Shown here: one piece after another, positions 48,938 through 59,602 of the stretch
How the letters are laid out: each line of letters begins with the position of its first letter
Numbering within the stretch: position 1 is the stretch's first letter
Source: Thermoproteota archaeon
GTDB lineage: Archaea > Thermoproteota > Thermoprotei > Thermofilales > B9-G17
Direction of reading: 5' to 3'
Assembly: GCA_029258885.1 (NCBI GenBank)
Contig: JAPDJW010000001.1
Location: 1-64,000 of the forward strand
DNA length: 64,000 bases
Position numbers and translations under genes: made by a program
Notes under the pieces: generated by a model
The model's database searches: none
What the model was told of the DNA's origin: nothing
The model's input: the letters and a program-made list of their open reading frames with translations, nothing else

Positions 48938-49870
48938 ATGATAGGCGTCGTGGGAGGAGCTGGCTTTATAGGTATACATACTGTTAAAATGCTTGATAGG
49001 TTGGGGTATGAAGTAGTTGTAATCGATAATTTGTCTAAAGCAAGAAGGGAAAACATAGACGAATTGAATAAGATGGGTATAGAGATAAGGATTGCTGATA
49101 TAAGAAGAAGTGATGAAATTAAGAAAGCCCTTAAGGGAGTAGAGAGGATTATTCATTTAGCTGCATTAATTAGTGTTGAGGAATCGTTAAAGAACCCTAG
49201 ATTATATTGTCAAGTTAACACTTATGGTACAGTAAACTTGCTAGATGCATGCGTTGAAGCTGGTGTAGAGAGGTTTGTCTATGCGTCTAGCGCTGCTGTG
49301 TATGGCAATCCCAAATATCTTCCCATAGACGAGAAGCATCCTTTAAAACCATTATCTCCCTATGGAGCCTCAAAGGCTTCTGGAGAATTGTTCTGTTTAG
49401 TATATAATTCACTGAACCGGCTTGAGACTGTAATATTAAGGTATTTCAACGTTTACGGACCTGGGCAAAGTGACGAGTATGCGGGCGTTATTACACGTTT
49501 TATAAAATCTGTAATCAAAGGTAAGCCGCCAGTAATTTATGGAGATGGTCTTCAGACGCGTGATTTCATATACGTTGAGGATGTAGCCCTAGCTAACGTG
49601 AAAGCACTTTTTAAGGAAAATATAGGTGGCTATGTCTTCAATATTGCCAATGGTACTCCTGTTAAAATAAAAGACCTAGCATATACAATCATAAGGCTTC
49701 TAAACATGGAAGGGACAATGGAACCTGTGTATTCGAAGCCTAGACCGGGGGATATTCGGGAGAGTTATGCCGATATAAGTCTAGCCCGAAGACATCTAGA
49801 TTTTTGTCCTCAGGTTAGTTTAGAGGAGGGTTTGGTGAAAACGATAAAGTATTATACTGCCCGCATATAG
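48938..49870 (+). CDS. NAD-dependent nucleotide-sugar epimerase/dehydratase (GalE-like SDR)
   Basis: GGAGFIG, SSAAVYG, YGASK, RYFNVYGP. Confidence 0.92.
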   Translation: MIGVVGGAGFIGIHTVKMLDRLGYEVVVIDNLSKARRENIDELNKMGIEIRIADIRRSDEIKKALKGVERIIHLAALISVEESLKNPRLYCQVNTYGTVNLLDACVEAGVERFVYASSAAVYGNPKYLPIDEKHPLKPLSPYGASKASGELFCLVYNSLNRLETVILRYFNVYGPGQSDEYAGVITRFIKSVIKGKPPVIYGDGLQTRDFIYVEDVALANVKALFKENIGGYVFNIANGTPVKIKDLAYTIIRLLNMEGTMEPVYSKPRPGDIRESYADISLARRHLDFCPQVSLEEGLVKTIKYYTARI

Positions 49871-49888
49871 AAATTCCATGGTGATCTT

Positions 49889-50431
49889 ATGTTTTCTCAA
49901 GACGTAATTATTCTGCCGGGTATGCTAGGAGCTGGATGCACGCACGTAGCTGAGTTGTTATCTCAAAAGTTGGAATGGAGGTACGTTAATTCGGAAAGAA
50001 TTATCAGGCGTATTGTAAGCGAGTCAGGATTATCGTTTAGGGAGTTTCAAGTTGAGGTTCATTCCGGAGAAATAGATCTAGACAAAATTATAAGGAATGT
50101 TCTCTTAGATGAAATTAAGGAAGGTAAAGTCATTGTGGAGGGGAGGATAGCTTTCCTAATTCTAGATTTAGATGTTGGCGTGAAGTTCTTTCTATGGAGT
50201 TCTAAGAGCGATAGAGCTAGAATCGTTTCAAAAAGGCGAAATATACCACTAGAGAAGGCTCTTGAACAGATAGAGGAAAGCGATGAAGATAGGAAGAGTT
50301 TAGTTTGGCGACTATACAAGAAAGACTGGCTGGATTTAGATCTATACGATATGATTATCAATACTTCAAAGTGGAGCTATGAGGGTGCAGCAGAAATAAT
50401 TATCAAAGCACATTCTTACAGGAAACGATAG
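49889..50431 (+). CDS. Cytidylate kinase-like protein with degenerate P-loop
   Basis: GMLGAGCT, VIVEGR, RA, YDMIINT. Confidence 0.75.
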   Translation: MFSQDVIILPGMLGAGCTHVAELLSQKLEWRYVNSERIIRRIVSESGLSFREFQVEVHSGEIDLDKIIRNVLLDEIKEGKVIVEGRIAFLILDLDVGVKFFLWSSKSDRARIVSKRRNIPLEKALEQIEESDEDRKSLVWRLYKKDWLDLDLYDMIINTSKWSYEGAAEIIIKAHSYRKR

Positions 50432-51714
50432 GGCGATTTTTCAATCTCCCTGCCGTCTCTATTTATTTTTATTAAACCCAGTACTATAGCCTTAATCCTA
50501 TGTTTTCTGCAGGAAGTTAAGATCCTTATTTTTCTTTTCGTATAATCTATCTTATCTATTATGCCTATGCCTTCACAAAATCCCTTTTCATTAAGTATAC
50601 CTACTAGGATGTTTTTCTCATCTCCAGCTTTGACTATTTTAACGTTACCAATATGTTGTAATGCCATCTTTATGAGAGTAATACTTGTCTTGTTTACTTT
50701 AATATTGTCGGCAACTATAATTAGAAGTTCATCTTTGTATTTCTCATGATGAATTACTCTTGTATTGAGTACTTCCTCTATTATTTCTTTATCCACAGCT
50801 GGAAGAGGATCTCCATGAAATAGATAAGTATTTAAAATTTTTATCTCATCTGCATTAAGAGTTATCATCGAGGAATCCTGTAGAAATCGCATGTAATTGC
50901 TTTCTCTAAAAGCTTTCCTCTTTGGAGGAGATTTTTTAGCATATACCTTTGGAGAAGGCACTTCAATTACATCGTAATCATAGAGGTAGTTTGCCATAGC
51001 TGTATTCGCGCTTATCTTCCCCATAAAGGCTATAATATTTGGCTCTATAGCTTCAATTAGAGCACGCTTATAGATGTATGCTCTTATACCTTCAATCCAT
51101 CCATCAGTATTTATTATAGTAATATATGGAGAGAGATTTTCTCCTTCTCTTAATATCTTCAATACTCCACTTACGACCTTTTCAGGAGCATAGCTTGGAG
51201 TATCAAAGCCCACAAAATACATAATATCGGGACTACATTCTCTTAACGATACAACGTGTTCTCGTAGCATTGATAACGATATACATGAAGGGGGACCTAT
51301 GTCGGCTTGACCTATATCTGCATCCAGCACTGCCACCCGAAAGCCTTGGGCTAGCGCATTATTAGCTAAAAACGTGGTGAATGAAGTCTTTCCACTATCG
51401 GTTCCACCCAGAATTACTACCCTTAGTGTTTCACCTTTTTTCTTTGATAAAATTTCCTTCGATGCTGCTAGCCACTCATCTATTACTTCCTCATTAGCGG
51501 GTACACTTTTTATATACCCATCGGTACCAACGTTAATCTCAACTAGCCCTTCTGAGAGCGATTTAAAGGCTATAGTTTTACCGCTTTTTAGGATGGTTTT
51601 AAAGTTTAAGCCCGCTGTGAACCCAGCTATTAATATTTTTCCTTCTAGTACCTTAAGCGATAGAGGCCCTCTTAGCCTATACGTCTCATTTTCCCTTATG
51701 GCTATCTTTGCCAT
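50416..51714 (-). CDS. Clp1/Grc3/Nol9-family polynucleotide 5'-OH kinase
   Basis: GGTDSGKTS, DADIGQADIGPP, INTDGW. Confidence 0.9.
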   Translation of the reverse strand: MAKIAIRENETYRLRGPLSLKVLEGKILIAGFTAGLNFKTILKSGKTIAFKSLSEGLVEINVGTDGYIKSVPANEEVIDEWLAASKEILSKKKGETLRVVILGGTDSGKTSFTTFLANNALAQGFRVAVLDADIGQADIGPPSCISLSMLREHVVSLRECSPDIMYFVGFDTPSYAPEKVVSGVLKILREGENLSPYITIINTDGWIEGIRAYIYKRALIEAIEPNIIAFMGKISANTAMANYLYDYDVIEVPSPKVYAKKSPPKRKAFRESNYMRFLQDSSMITLNADEIKILNTYLFHGDPLPAVDKEIIEEVLNTRVIHHEKYKDELLIIVADNIKVNKTSITLIKMALQHIGNVKIVKAGDEKNILVGILNEKGFCEGIGIIDKIDYTKRKIRILTSCRKHRIKAIVLGLIKINRDGREIEKSPYRFL

Positions 51715-51863
51715 TAAGATAGATTATACGATAGGTATCAATTAATATGTTTATTCAAAGGTATTAGCAATACATTAATTATGTCAAAGAATAGGCTATT
51801 TTTTCTAACGATTATTAGGAAATTCTTATATATTTATAAAAACAATATAAACCAGGGGTAAGG

Positions 51864-53072
51864 ATGCCTGAACTCGCGTATAGGCTTTCTCTCATCAAAA
51901 CATCTCCTATTAGACGTATAGCCGCTCTTCTGGATCAAGCAAGACGAAAAAGAGATATCATATCCTTTGGCGGTGGTGCGCCCAGCCTCCCTCCGCCTAA
52001 GGAGTTTCTAGATGAAATTATGAGATTACTTAAAGAGATGCCTCAGAGGGCTTGCGGTTACTGTGGAACAAGGGGCTTACCCGAGCTACGCAGCTTGATA
52101 GCTGAGGATCTGAAGAAGTACTTTGGAGTTAGCTATGATCCGGGTAAGGAGATAATAATAACGGATGGTGGAACTGAAGGCATATTTCTAACACTTTTCT
52201 CTATCCTTGATAAGGGAGATGAGGTAATAATACTTGATCCAACATACTTAGGGTATAGTGAGGCAATAAAGCTGGCGCAGGGCAGAGTTATTACGCTACC
52301 AGTTAGTGTAGAGAACGGGTATCAACCTGACCCGGAGATGCTTAAAGAGAGAATTACAGGAAGAACTAAAGCATTCATTCTACTTTCACCCGATAATCCT
52401 ACTGGTAGAATTATTAGGGAGGATTTCGTTAAGACTCTGGTTGATTTAGCGATTGATAAGGATTTCTGGATAATTTATGATGCTGCATACAAACATATAG
52501 TTTATGAGGGGAAAAATGTATGGGTGGATTCATTCCCCGGTGCCAGGGAGAAGACTATCACTATAAATACCTTCTCTAAGGAGGCCAGTATACCGGGACT
52601 TAGGCTTGGGTATACGACAGGGCCAAGTGAAGTAATCGAAGCCATGGAGAAAATTAAGCAATACGTTACTCTAGCGCCAGATACTTTAGGTCAATATGCT
52701 CTTCTAAAGTTTTATGAGAACGGAGTTAAGGATAGGTATCTTCGTGAAGTGGTGTTACCAACGTACCGTAGAAGAAGAGACCTCATGGCATCATTAATCC
52801 AGAAATATCTGCCGGAGGCAAAGACCGTAGTCCCGGGAGGTGCATTTTACTTCTTCGTGGATATTAGGTATTATTTGGAGAAAATGAATCGTGATGATGA
52901 AGAATTTTGCAATAGATTACTCTATAGAAAGAACGTTGTTGCAATTCCTGGTTCGCACTTCGGTTCAATGGGCAAGGGACATATAAGGCTTACATTTGTC
53001 AGCGAACCCGAAGAAAGAATAGAGGAGGGCATACGCAGAATAGGGGCTTTCATGTTCAGCTATGTCTTTTAA
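51864..53072 (+). CDS. PLP-dependent class I/II aminotransferase
   Basis: SPDNPTG, DAAY, TFSK...GLRLG. Confidence 0.93.
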   Translation: MPELAYRLSLIKTSPIRRIAALLDQARRKRDIISFGGGAPSLPPPKEFLDEIMRLLKEMPQRACGYCGTRGLPELRSLIAEDLKKYFGVSYDPGKEIIITDGGTEGIFLTLFSILDKGDEVIILDPTYLGYSEAIKLAQGRVITLPVSVENGYQPDPEMLKERITGRTKAFILLSPDNPTGRIIREDFVKTLVDLAIDKDFWIIYDAAYKHIVYEGKNVWVDSFPGAREKTITINTFSKEASIPGLRLGYTTGPSEVIEAMEKIKQYVTLAPDTLGQYALLKFYENGVKDRYLREVVLPTYRRRRDLMASLIQKYLPEAKTVVPGGAFYFFVDIRYYLEKMNRDDEEFCNRLLYRKNVVAIPGSHFGSMGKGHIRLTFVSEPEERIEEGIRRIGAFMFSYVF

Positions 53073-53902
53073 TGTTCCTCCCTTTTTTCGGCGATTTTTT
53101 CCAGGATTTTCTCCGCAAACTCAACTTTTTTCTTCTCTCCTATCTCTGAGTAAACTTTTATTGCCTCATTAATCATATTCACTATCTGCTCTTTGTACTC
53201 TTGCGGAGCTTGATCATATATATCGAGTATTTCTTCTTCTTTCTCCGTATTTATGAGAAGAGATATATACTCCTTAATGGACTTAGTGGTTATCTTCTTC
53301 CCCCGCATAATAATAACGTATCCAAGTTCCCAATCTATCTCTTTACGTTCCTCCTCTAATGAAAGAGAAAGAAGTTTGCTTAAAGCACCTGGGCTCAGCA
53401 ATCTACTATATCCGTAAACATTTATTGCCTTCTCAATTTTTTCTATGCCTCTTCTCCCTATGAGAAGTATTCTCTCTATATCATCAGGTTCCAAAGGAAT
53501 CTTGAATTCTAGTCCATGAATTATTATTCTGCCTGTCAGCCCCCTAACCTTTTCAGTAGGTAAATCTAGATCCAGAAATCCATCGTGAATAAGTACTTCA
53601 ATTATCTCTGAGCTTCCATCAGGATATACTACCTTCACCGCTTCATTCCATATTTTAGCGCTTACCTCGCCCAATATTGTATGCTCACCCCACTCAAACG
53701 CAGGACATTGAAACCTATTAGCTAGAACAGATGCTAATCCTTCAACGAAACCCAATACTTCAAATCCTATAAATTCTATCCACCCCATCCTCGTTCGAAG
53801 TTCCAGCTTTATCCTACTACCGCACCTTAGTCCGTTTTCCCTCAAGTAACTAATAACTTCATTATCATTTGCACAGTCTTTCTTTACACCAATATAGCCC
53901 AC
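53069..53902 (-). CDS. Conserved hypothetical protein
   Basis: 277-aa ORF, protein-like composition, own intergenic region. Confidence 0.75.
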   Translation of the reverse strand: MGYIGVKKDCANDNEVISYLRENGLRCGSRIKLELRTRMGWIEFIGFEVLGFVEGLASVLANRFQCPAFEWGEHTILGEVSAKIWNEAVKVVYPDGSSEIIEVLIHDGFLDLDLPTEKVRGLTGRIIIHGLEFKIPLEPDDIERILLIGRRGIEKIEKAINVYGYSRLLSPGALSKLLSLSLEEERKEIDWELGYVIIMRGKKITTKSIKEYISLLINTEKEEEILDIYDQAPQEYKEQIVNMINEAIKVYSEIGEKKKVEFAEKILEKIAEKREEH

Positions 53903-54123
53903 TACACCACCTTCACTAATATTTTATCAAACAAGCTTATTAACACCACTATTTATAAGCTCTTGAATACACTTCGGATTAAGCTATTTTCTCTCTATCG
54001 ATCTCCAGGAATTATTGCTTCGCCTGTATTTGGGTTTATTTCTTCTTCTGCCTGCTAACTCAGAAATAGTCAAAGGGGCAAAAGATAAAAATCTCTCGGT
54101 GTTTTTTCAAATGGTGCGTCTAT

Positions 54124-55449
54124 ATGAGCATAGAGCTTTTCCAATTAGAGGAAATAACCGACTTTGATATATCTTCAGTATATGCAAGGGAAATTCTTGA
54201 TTCTAGAGGCAATCCCACGGTAGAGGTTGAGGTAACGACTTTAGGAGGTGGATTTGGGCGTGCAGCTGCTCCTGCGGGAGCATCTAAAGGTGTCCATGAG
54301 GCGCTGGAATTAAGAGATGGAGGAAAAAGGTATCACGGTAAGGGGGTAAGTAAAGCCATTAAAAATATTCTTGAAATAATAGCGCCTGAGATACTGGGCA
54401 TGGATTCTAGGAGGCAAAAGGAGGTAGATTATAAGATGATAGAATTAGATGGCACGAAAAATAAATCTAAATTGGGGGCTAATGCGATACTTGCTGTTTC
54501 TCTTGCCGTAGCTAAGGCGGCAGCGAACACATACGGTATGCCGCTGTTCCAATATCTCGGAGGATCTAGAGCATGTATTCTCCCCACGCCACTTATGAAT
54601 ATATTGAATGGAGGTAAGCATGCTGGCAATGAATTGAGTATACAAGAATTTATGGTAGTGCCAGTCGGCGCTGATACCTTCCGGGACGCGCTTCGAATAG
54701 GGGCTGAGGTTTACCATGAACTTAAGAAATTCCTGAAAGATAAGTATGGAAGGAACGCTATAAATGTCGGTGATGAAGGAGGCTTTGCTCCGCCTATGAA
54801 AAACACTAAAGAAGCTCTAGATGCATTAGTTGCATCAATAAAGAATGCTGGCTATGACGCTGGAACAGATGTTCTCATAGCATTAGATGCTGCGGCTTCA
54901 AGCTTTTATGATGCTAAAAAAGAAGCATACTACATAGATGGAAAATATCTGAACAGGGAGCAATTGTTAGAACTCTATAAGGAGATAGTTAATGAATACC
55001 CAATAATATCAATCGAAGATCCGTTTCATGAGGAGGACTATGAGGGCTTTACATTAATAACTAAAGAGCTAGGCGATAGAATTCAGATAGTTGGAGACGA
55101 TCTTTTTGTGACAAACATGGAGAGATTAAAGAAAGGTATTGACCTAGGAGCTGCTAATGCGTTATTGCTAAAGGTCAATCAAATAGGAACATTAACTGAG
55201 GCTCTCGAAGCAGCGGACTTAGCTTTTAAAAACAATTATAAGGTAGTAGTTAGCCATAGATCGGGAGAGACGGAAGACGTAACGATAGCTCATATAGCAG
55301 TAGCCCTTAACTGTGGGCAAATAAAAACAGGTGCTCCAGCTAGAGGTGAACGGACAGCAAAGTATAACGAATTACTGAGAATAGAGGATTACCTAGGCTA
55401 TAGCGCTAAGTACATGGGTTCAGAGGTTTTTGCTCTGAAAAGACTATAA
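54124..55449 (+). CDS. eno: Enolase
   Basis: EILDSRGNPTVE, GDEGGFAP, LLKVNQIG, SHRSGET. Confidence 0.99.
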   Translation: MSIELFQLEEITDFDISSVYAREILDSRGNPTVEVEVTTLGGGFGRAAAPAGASKGVHEALELRDGGKRYHGKGVSKAIKNILEIIAPEILGMDSRRQKEVDYKMIELDGTKNKSKLGANAILAVSLAVAKAAANTYGMPLFQYLGGSRACILPTPLMNILNGGKHAGNELSIQEFMVVPVGADTFRDALRIGAEVYHELKKFLKDKYGRNAINVGDEGGFAPPMKNTKEALDALVASIKNAGYDAGTDVLIALDAAASSFYDAKKEAYYIDGKYLNREQLLELYKEIVNEYPIISIEDPFHEEDYEGFTLITKELGDRIQIVGDDLFVTNMERLKKGIDLGAANALLLKVNQIGTLTEALEAADLAFKNNYKVVVSHRSGETEDVTIAHIAVALNCGQIKTGAPARGERTAKYNELLRIEDYLGYSAKYMGSEVFALKRL

Positions 55450-56022
55450 CTTATTATTTTTAGCATAAATAAGGTGGTATAGATCGGCTAGGCATCTCCA
55501 GCAGTATCTAGCATTGCTGTATATTTTTACTCCACACCTTGGGCACTCTATGGGTAGGCTTACCTTTTTTACATAGGCTGGATCTATTCTTACTCCACCT
55601 TCCTCTAGCTTTTGGAAGAAAGTTTTCTTTGGACGTTTTTCCTCTATGAAGGCGCCTATTAGCGAAAATATCAGGGAAGTTGTGATGAAGGGGAAGGGAT
55701 TCGAAGAAAACAGTACATATACTTTTTCCTTGTACACCAAATATGCGCATATCATGAGAAACGAGAGCAGCGGATATAGAATTGCGGCTTTTAGATCTCT
55801 AATCCACGTGCCCATTACTAAATATGATAGGGCTATTGCCACGATTAGAAAGGCTATATTCACCTCTTCCGTCAGTAGTATCCATTCAATAAACTTCCAG
55901 ACAGTTACTGGTTCTCCTCTATAGAAGCCACATGACGGAAAAATTATAGAAAGTAGTATTAAAGATACGAATGTCAATATTAACGATAGAAATGCTGCTG
56001 AAAAAATTTTTCCTTTATTCAT
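55444..56022 (-). CDS. Membrane protein with C-terminal Zn ribbon
   Basis: ~4 TM then CPRC..CWRC. Confidence 0.75.
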   Translation of the reverse strand: MNKGKIFSAAFLSLILTFVSLILLSIIFPSCGFYRGEPVTVWKFIEWILLTEEVNIAFLIVAIALSYLVMGTWIRDLKAAILYPLLSFLMICAYLVYKEKVYVLFSSNPFPFITTSLIFSLIGAFIEEKRPKKTFFQKLEEGGVRIDPAYVKKVSLPIECPRCGVKIYSNARYCWRCLADLYHLIYAKNNKL

Positions 56023-57728
56023 AGCTTTTTCCTCTTCATATTAATGATCAGTAGGACTAGCGGTATAAGGGAAATAAGCACTCCGATAACGATCGATGCA
56101 TATATTAGATTCCATGGCAGAGGGAGATATCTTATCTTTACGGCGAATATCTTAGACGTTGCACCACCAATAACTTTGCCGTCAGATAGTATTTTGACTA
56201 ATACCGTATGTTCGCCTTCCTCCACCTTAATTGATACAGTCTCCGAAAATTCTCCGCTTATATCGGATGATTTAATCTCTTCTTCATCTACGTATATGTA
56301 TAGTTTAGATGGAACTTCAACGTTCCCATTTACTAAAATAGTTGATTCTGCATAGCTATCCGTAAGCTCTATCACGCTGGGGGATATGCTTACTTTAAGC
56401 GAAACCTTTGGTGCAAAGAAGTAATTCAAAGTTTTGCCCTTAAAGCTTTCTGGAATAGGTAGGCCTAGGAATTCGCATATCGTTGGAGCAACGTCAACTA
56501 TGGACACTATCTCGTTACTATATGTCAATTTACTAGATATTACCCCACCGAGCATAAACATGAAAATCTTTTGCGTTGATACGCCACCGTGAGCTCCCTC
56601 ATTAGGATATGAGAACTGGTATCCATTTTTGAGGGATACGAAGATATCTCCTGCAAACGGGGAATTTAACCCTACATCTTCTAATGTTCCATTCACGCTG
56701 TTGATGGGACTTATAGAGTAGATAGCATCCGCCAAATTACTTTTAAGAATTAACTTTACGGCTTTTTCCAAATCTCTTTTGTCCTTCAGATATATGAAGG
56801 CGGCAGTACCTCCAGTGTCAATTAAGTAGTGCCTTATTCCGGTTAGTACTCCCCAGTGATGTTTATCCTTGGATGGAAGGAGCATTTTGCTTGGTTTTGT
56901 ATCACTCATTCCATGGTCAGCTAATACGAACATGAGCGTATTGTTCCATAATCCTTCAGCTTTAATAATATCAACTAATGATAGAACTTGTTGGAACGCA
57001 TGTCTCGCTACAAGATAATATTCCTCACTTTCCGGACCACAGGCATGTCCAGTCCAGTCTAAAGCAGGAAGATTGACTATCACTAATGCATACTCTCCTG
57101 AATGTATAAGCTCCGACCAGGATCGTATGACTGAGATAGTTTCATTTATTATCCATTCATCCTGCCTATATCTAGCTTCTATAGGTAGGTTTGGGTCATA
57201 GACGCCATAAGCCAGTTCTGACGGAAGAATTTTAAGGACGTCAGCTACCTGATTTAATCCCATCATGACTTTCAGCTTCTCTTTACCTACTATAAGTGCT
57301 GTCAATACTCCGTTTTCTCTGGCTACCTCCACTATACTCTCAGACATTATCTGATCATACCAGCTAACGGTCTTAGGGATATCTTCTTTCGTTACATGAT
57401 ACTCTTCTCTATCAACAGCATAGGTATACACTACTCCGCTTACATTAGGATACGTTCCGTAGGCTAACGCTGTATGTGCAGGAGTAGTAGCCGAGGGGAG
57501 GACAGTATATGCATTACTAAAGTATATTCCATAATTCTTTAGTAGGTTAAATTCCTCAAGTCCATTTACAATGGATATTTCAGCTCCATCTACAACAATT
57601 ATTAAAGCTAACCTACCTAGACATATTGAGTGCTGGGGCTCCGTGAAGGTTAGTGGTACATAATATAGCACGTATGACAGCACTAAAAGTATAAGGAGGC
57701 TTGTTTTCCTGACAATTTTCAGTCTCAT
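56019..57728 (-). CDS. Surface-anchored alkaline phosphatase/NPP superfamily enzyme
   Basis: VVDG, PSATTPAH, DWTGH, ADHG, HGG; C-terminal Ig-like domain and TM. Confidence 0.88.
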   Translation of the reverse strand: MRLKIVRKTSLLILLVLSYVLYYVPLTFTEPQHSICLGRLALIIVVDGAEISIVNGLEEFNLLKNYGIYFSNAYTVLPSATTPAHTALAYGTYPNVSGVVYTYAVDREEYHVTKEDIPKTVSWYDQIMSESIVEVARENGVLTALIVGKEKLKVMMGLNQVADVLKILPSELAYGVYDPNLPIEARYRQDEWIINETISVIRSWSELIHSGEYALVIVNLPALDWTGHACGPESEEYYLVARHAFQQVLSLVDIIKAEGLWNNTLMFVLADHGMSDTKPSKMLLPSKDKHHWGVLTGIRHYLIDTGGTAAFIYLKDKRDLEKAVKLILKSNLADAIYSISPINSVNGTLEDVGLNSPFAGDIFVSLKNGYQFSYPNEGAHGGVSTQKIFMFMLGGVISSKLTYSNEIVSIVDVAPTICEFLGLPIPESFKGKTLNYFFAPKVSLKVSISPSVIELTDSYAESTILVNGNVEVPSKLYIYVDEEEIKSSDISGEFSETVSIKVEEGEHTVLVKILSDGKVIGGATSKIFAVKIRYLPLPWNLIYASIVIGVLISLIPLVLLIINMKRKKL

Positions 57729-57847
57729 GCGAAAATACTAACCTTATGCGCTTATATAACTTACCACGGACGTGTTTTCCATGGGAATGTTTAATATAGA
57801 CTAAGTGTAAGAATACGTAAGAGGTTCGTTTCATATGTTAAGAGCGC

Positions 57848-59602
57848 TTGGAGGCGATATTGTTGCCTTTAGTTGAGATCAAGAACCTAAGCTTTCGATA
57901 TCATGGACACGAAAATTATGTGCTTAAGAATATTAATTTAGATGTTCATGCGGGTGAATTTATACTCATAATAGGACCTAGTGGTGGAGGTAAGTCCACG
58001 TTAGTAAATTGTATAAACGGTATAATACCTCACGTTATAGAGGGAGTTAAGAAGGGTAAGGTTATTGTAGACGGCTATGATGTAGATGAAACTCCAATTA
58101 AAGAGATGGCTAAAATAGTTGGCACTGTTTTTCAGAATCCAGAAACTCAGTTCTTTTCGCTTAGCGTTTTAGATGAAATAGCGTTTGCTATGGAAAACCT
58201 GAAGTTTTCTCGAGAAGAGATGGAGGAGCGAATAAATTGGGTCATTCAAGAGCTTGGTTTAGAGGGACTATTGAGAAAGGAAGTAAGCAGATTATCTGGT
58301 GGGCAGAAGCAGCTTGTCGCCATAGCATCTGTGCTAGCATTACAGCCTAAACTGTTAATATTCGATGAGCCGACAACGAACTTAGATCCTCAAGGTGCGT
58401 ACGAGGTATTGAACATTATAGAAAAAATTAAGGAGTTTTATGGTAGAGCTATAATTTTAATTGAGCATAAACTTGATAAAGTTGCACCCCTTGCTGATAG
58501 GATTTGGGTTATAAGCAACGGTGAAGTAATAATCGATGATACGCCGCAGGAGGTCTTTAAGAATCCAGGTAAAATATACGAGCTAGGGCTTAAGCCACCC
58601 AGTATCGTAGAGATATCCATTCGGCTTAGAAACGAAGGTTTAATTGAACCCAGTGAATTGCCATTAACAGTTGATGAGTTCATGGACATTATTCAAAAAT
58701 ACAATCTAAGAAATGTGAGTAGTAGAGATTTCACTTTTACCACAGATAGGATTACTATCAATAGTTCAGATAAACCCTTGATAGAGGTTAGAAATCTATG
58801 GCATCAATATCCTGATGGAACTGTAGCTCTGAGAGGTATTTCCCTGGACATATATAAAGGCGAATTTATTGGGATAATAGGGCCAAATGGTTCAGGTAAA
58901 TCAACGCTGGTCAGCCATTTTCTGGGTCTCTTATCTCCAAGCCATGGTTACGTGAAGATATTTGGAAGAAATGTTAGAGAGTACTCAGTGTCACAATTAA
59001 GTAAAATAGTGGGCTTTATATTTCAAAATCCTGACCTTATGCTTTTTCAAACTACTGTATGGAATGAACTAGCTTTTGGACCGAGTAATCTAGGCTTACC
59101 GAAGAAGGAAATCGAGAGAAGAGTCAAGGAGGCATTAGCTATGATGAGGTTAGAGGGCTTTGAGGAGAGACATCCCCATGCATTGAGCAGGGGGCAAAGA
59201 CATAGAGTTGCCGTAGCCTCTGTACTCACAATGTATCCTGAGATTCTGATCGCTGATGAACCGACGACTGGACAGGACTATGGCGCATGTAGGAAATACC
59301 TGGATTTGCTGAAGAAAATGAACGAGGCTGGAAGGACCATCATTATCATAAGTCATGATATGAGCCTAATAGCTGAGTATGTTGAAAGGGTTATTATAAT
59401 GGTCGATGGAAGGATATTGATCGATGGTCCGACAAGGTTAATCTTTGAGAAGGAGGACCTGTTACGTAAGGTTAGAATAGAACCTCCTCCTCCAACCCAG
59501 CTATCGCTTAGGCTTAAAGACAACGGATACGATGTTCCTGTATGTCTAACGGTCGACGAAGTACATACTGTAATTAGATCTCTATTAGCCGCCGATAAGT
59601 GA
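57848..59602 (+). CDS. ECF transporter tandem ATPase (fused EcfA-A')
   Basis: Two NBDs with FQNP, LSGGQKQ and LSRGQRH. Confidence 0.92.
   Translation: MEAILLPLVEIKNLSFRYHGHENYVLKNINLDVHAGEFILIIGPSGGGKSTLVNCINGIIPHVIEGVKKGKVIVDGYDVDETPIKEMAKIVGTVFQNPETQFFSLSVLDEIAFAMENLKFSREEMEERINWVIQELGLEGLLRKEVSRLSGGQKQLVAIASVLALQPKLLIFDEPTTNLDPQGAYEVLNIIEKIKEFYGRAIILIEHKLDKVAPLADRIWVISNGEVIIDDTPQEVFKNPGKIYELGLKPPSIVEISIRLRNEGLIEPSELPLTVDEFMDIIQKYNLRNVSSRDFTFTTDRITINSSDKPLIEVRNLWHQYPDGTVALRGISLDIYKGEFIGIIGPNGSGKSTLVSHFLGLLSPSHGYVKIFGRNVREYSVSQLSKIVGFIFQNPDLMLFQTTVWNELAFGPSNLGLPKKEIERRVKEALAMMRLEGFEERHPHALSRGQRHRVAVASVLTMYPEILIADEPTTGQDYGACRKYLDLLKKMNEAGRTIIIISHDMSLIAEYVERVIIMVDGRILIDGPTRLIFEKEDLLRKVRIEPPPPTQLSLRLKDNGYDVPVCLTVDEVHTVIRSLLAADK

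Noticed and set aside
53984-54073. 29-aa basic minus-strand peptide MTISELAGRRRNKPKYRRSNNSWRSIERK
   Set aside because: TTG start without SD in a divergent promoter region; likely chance
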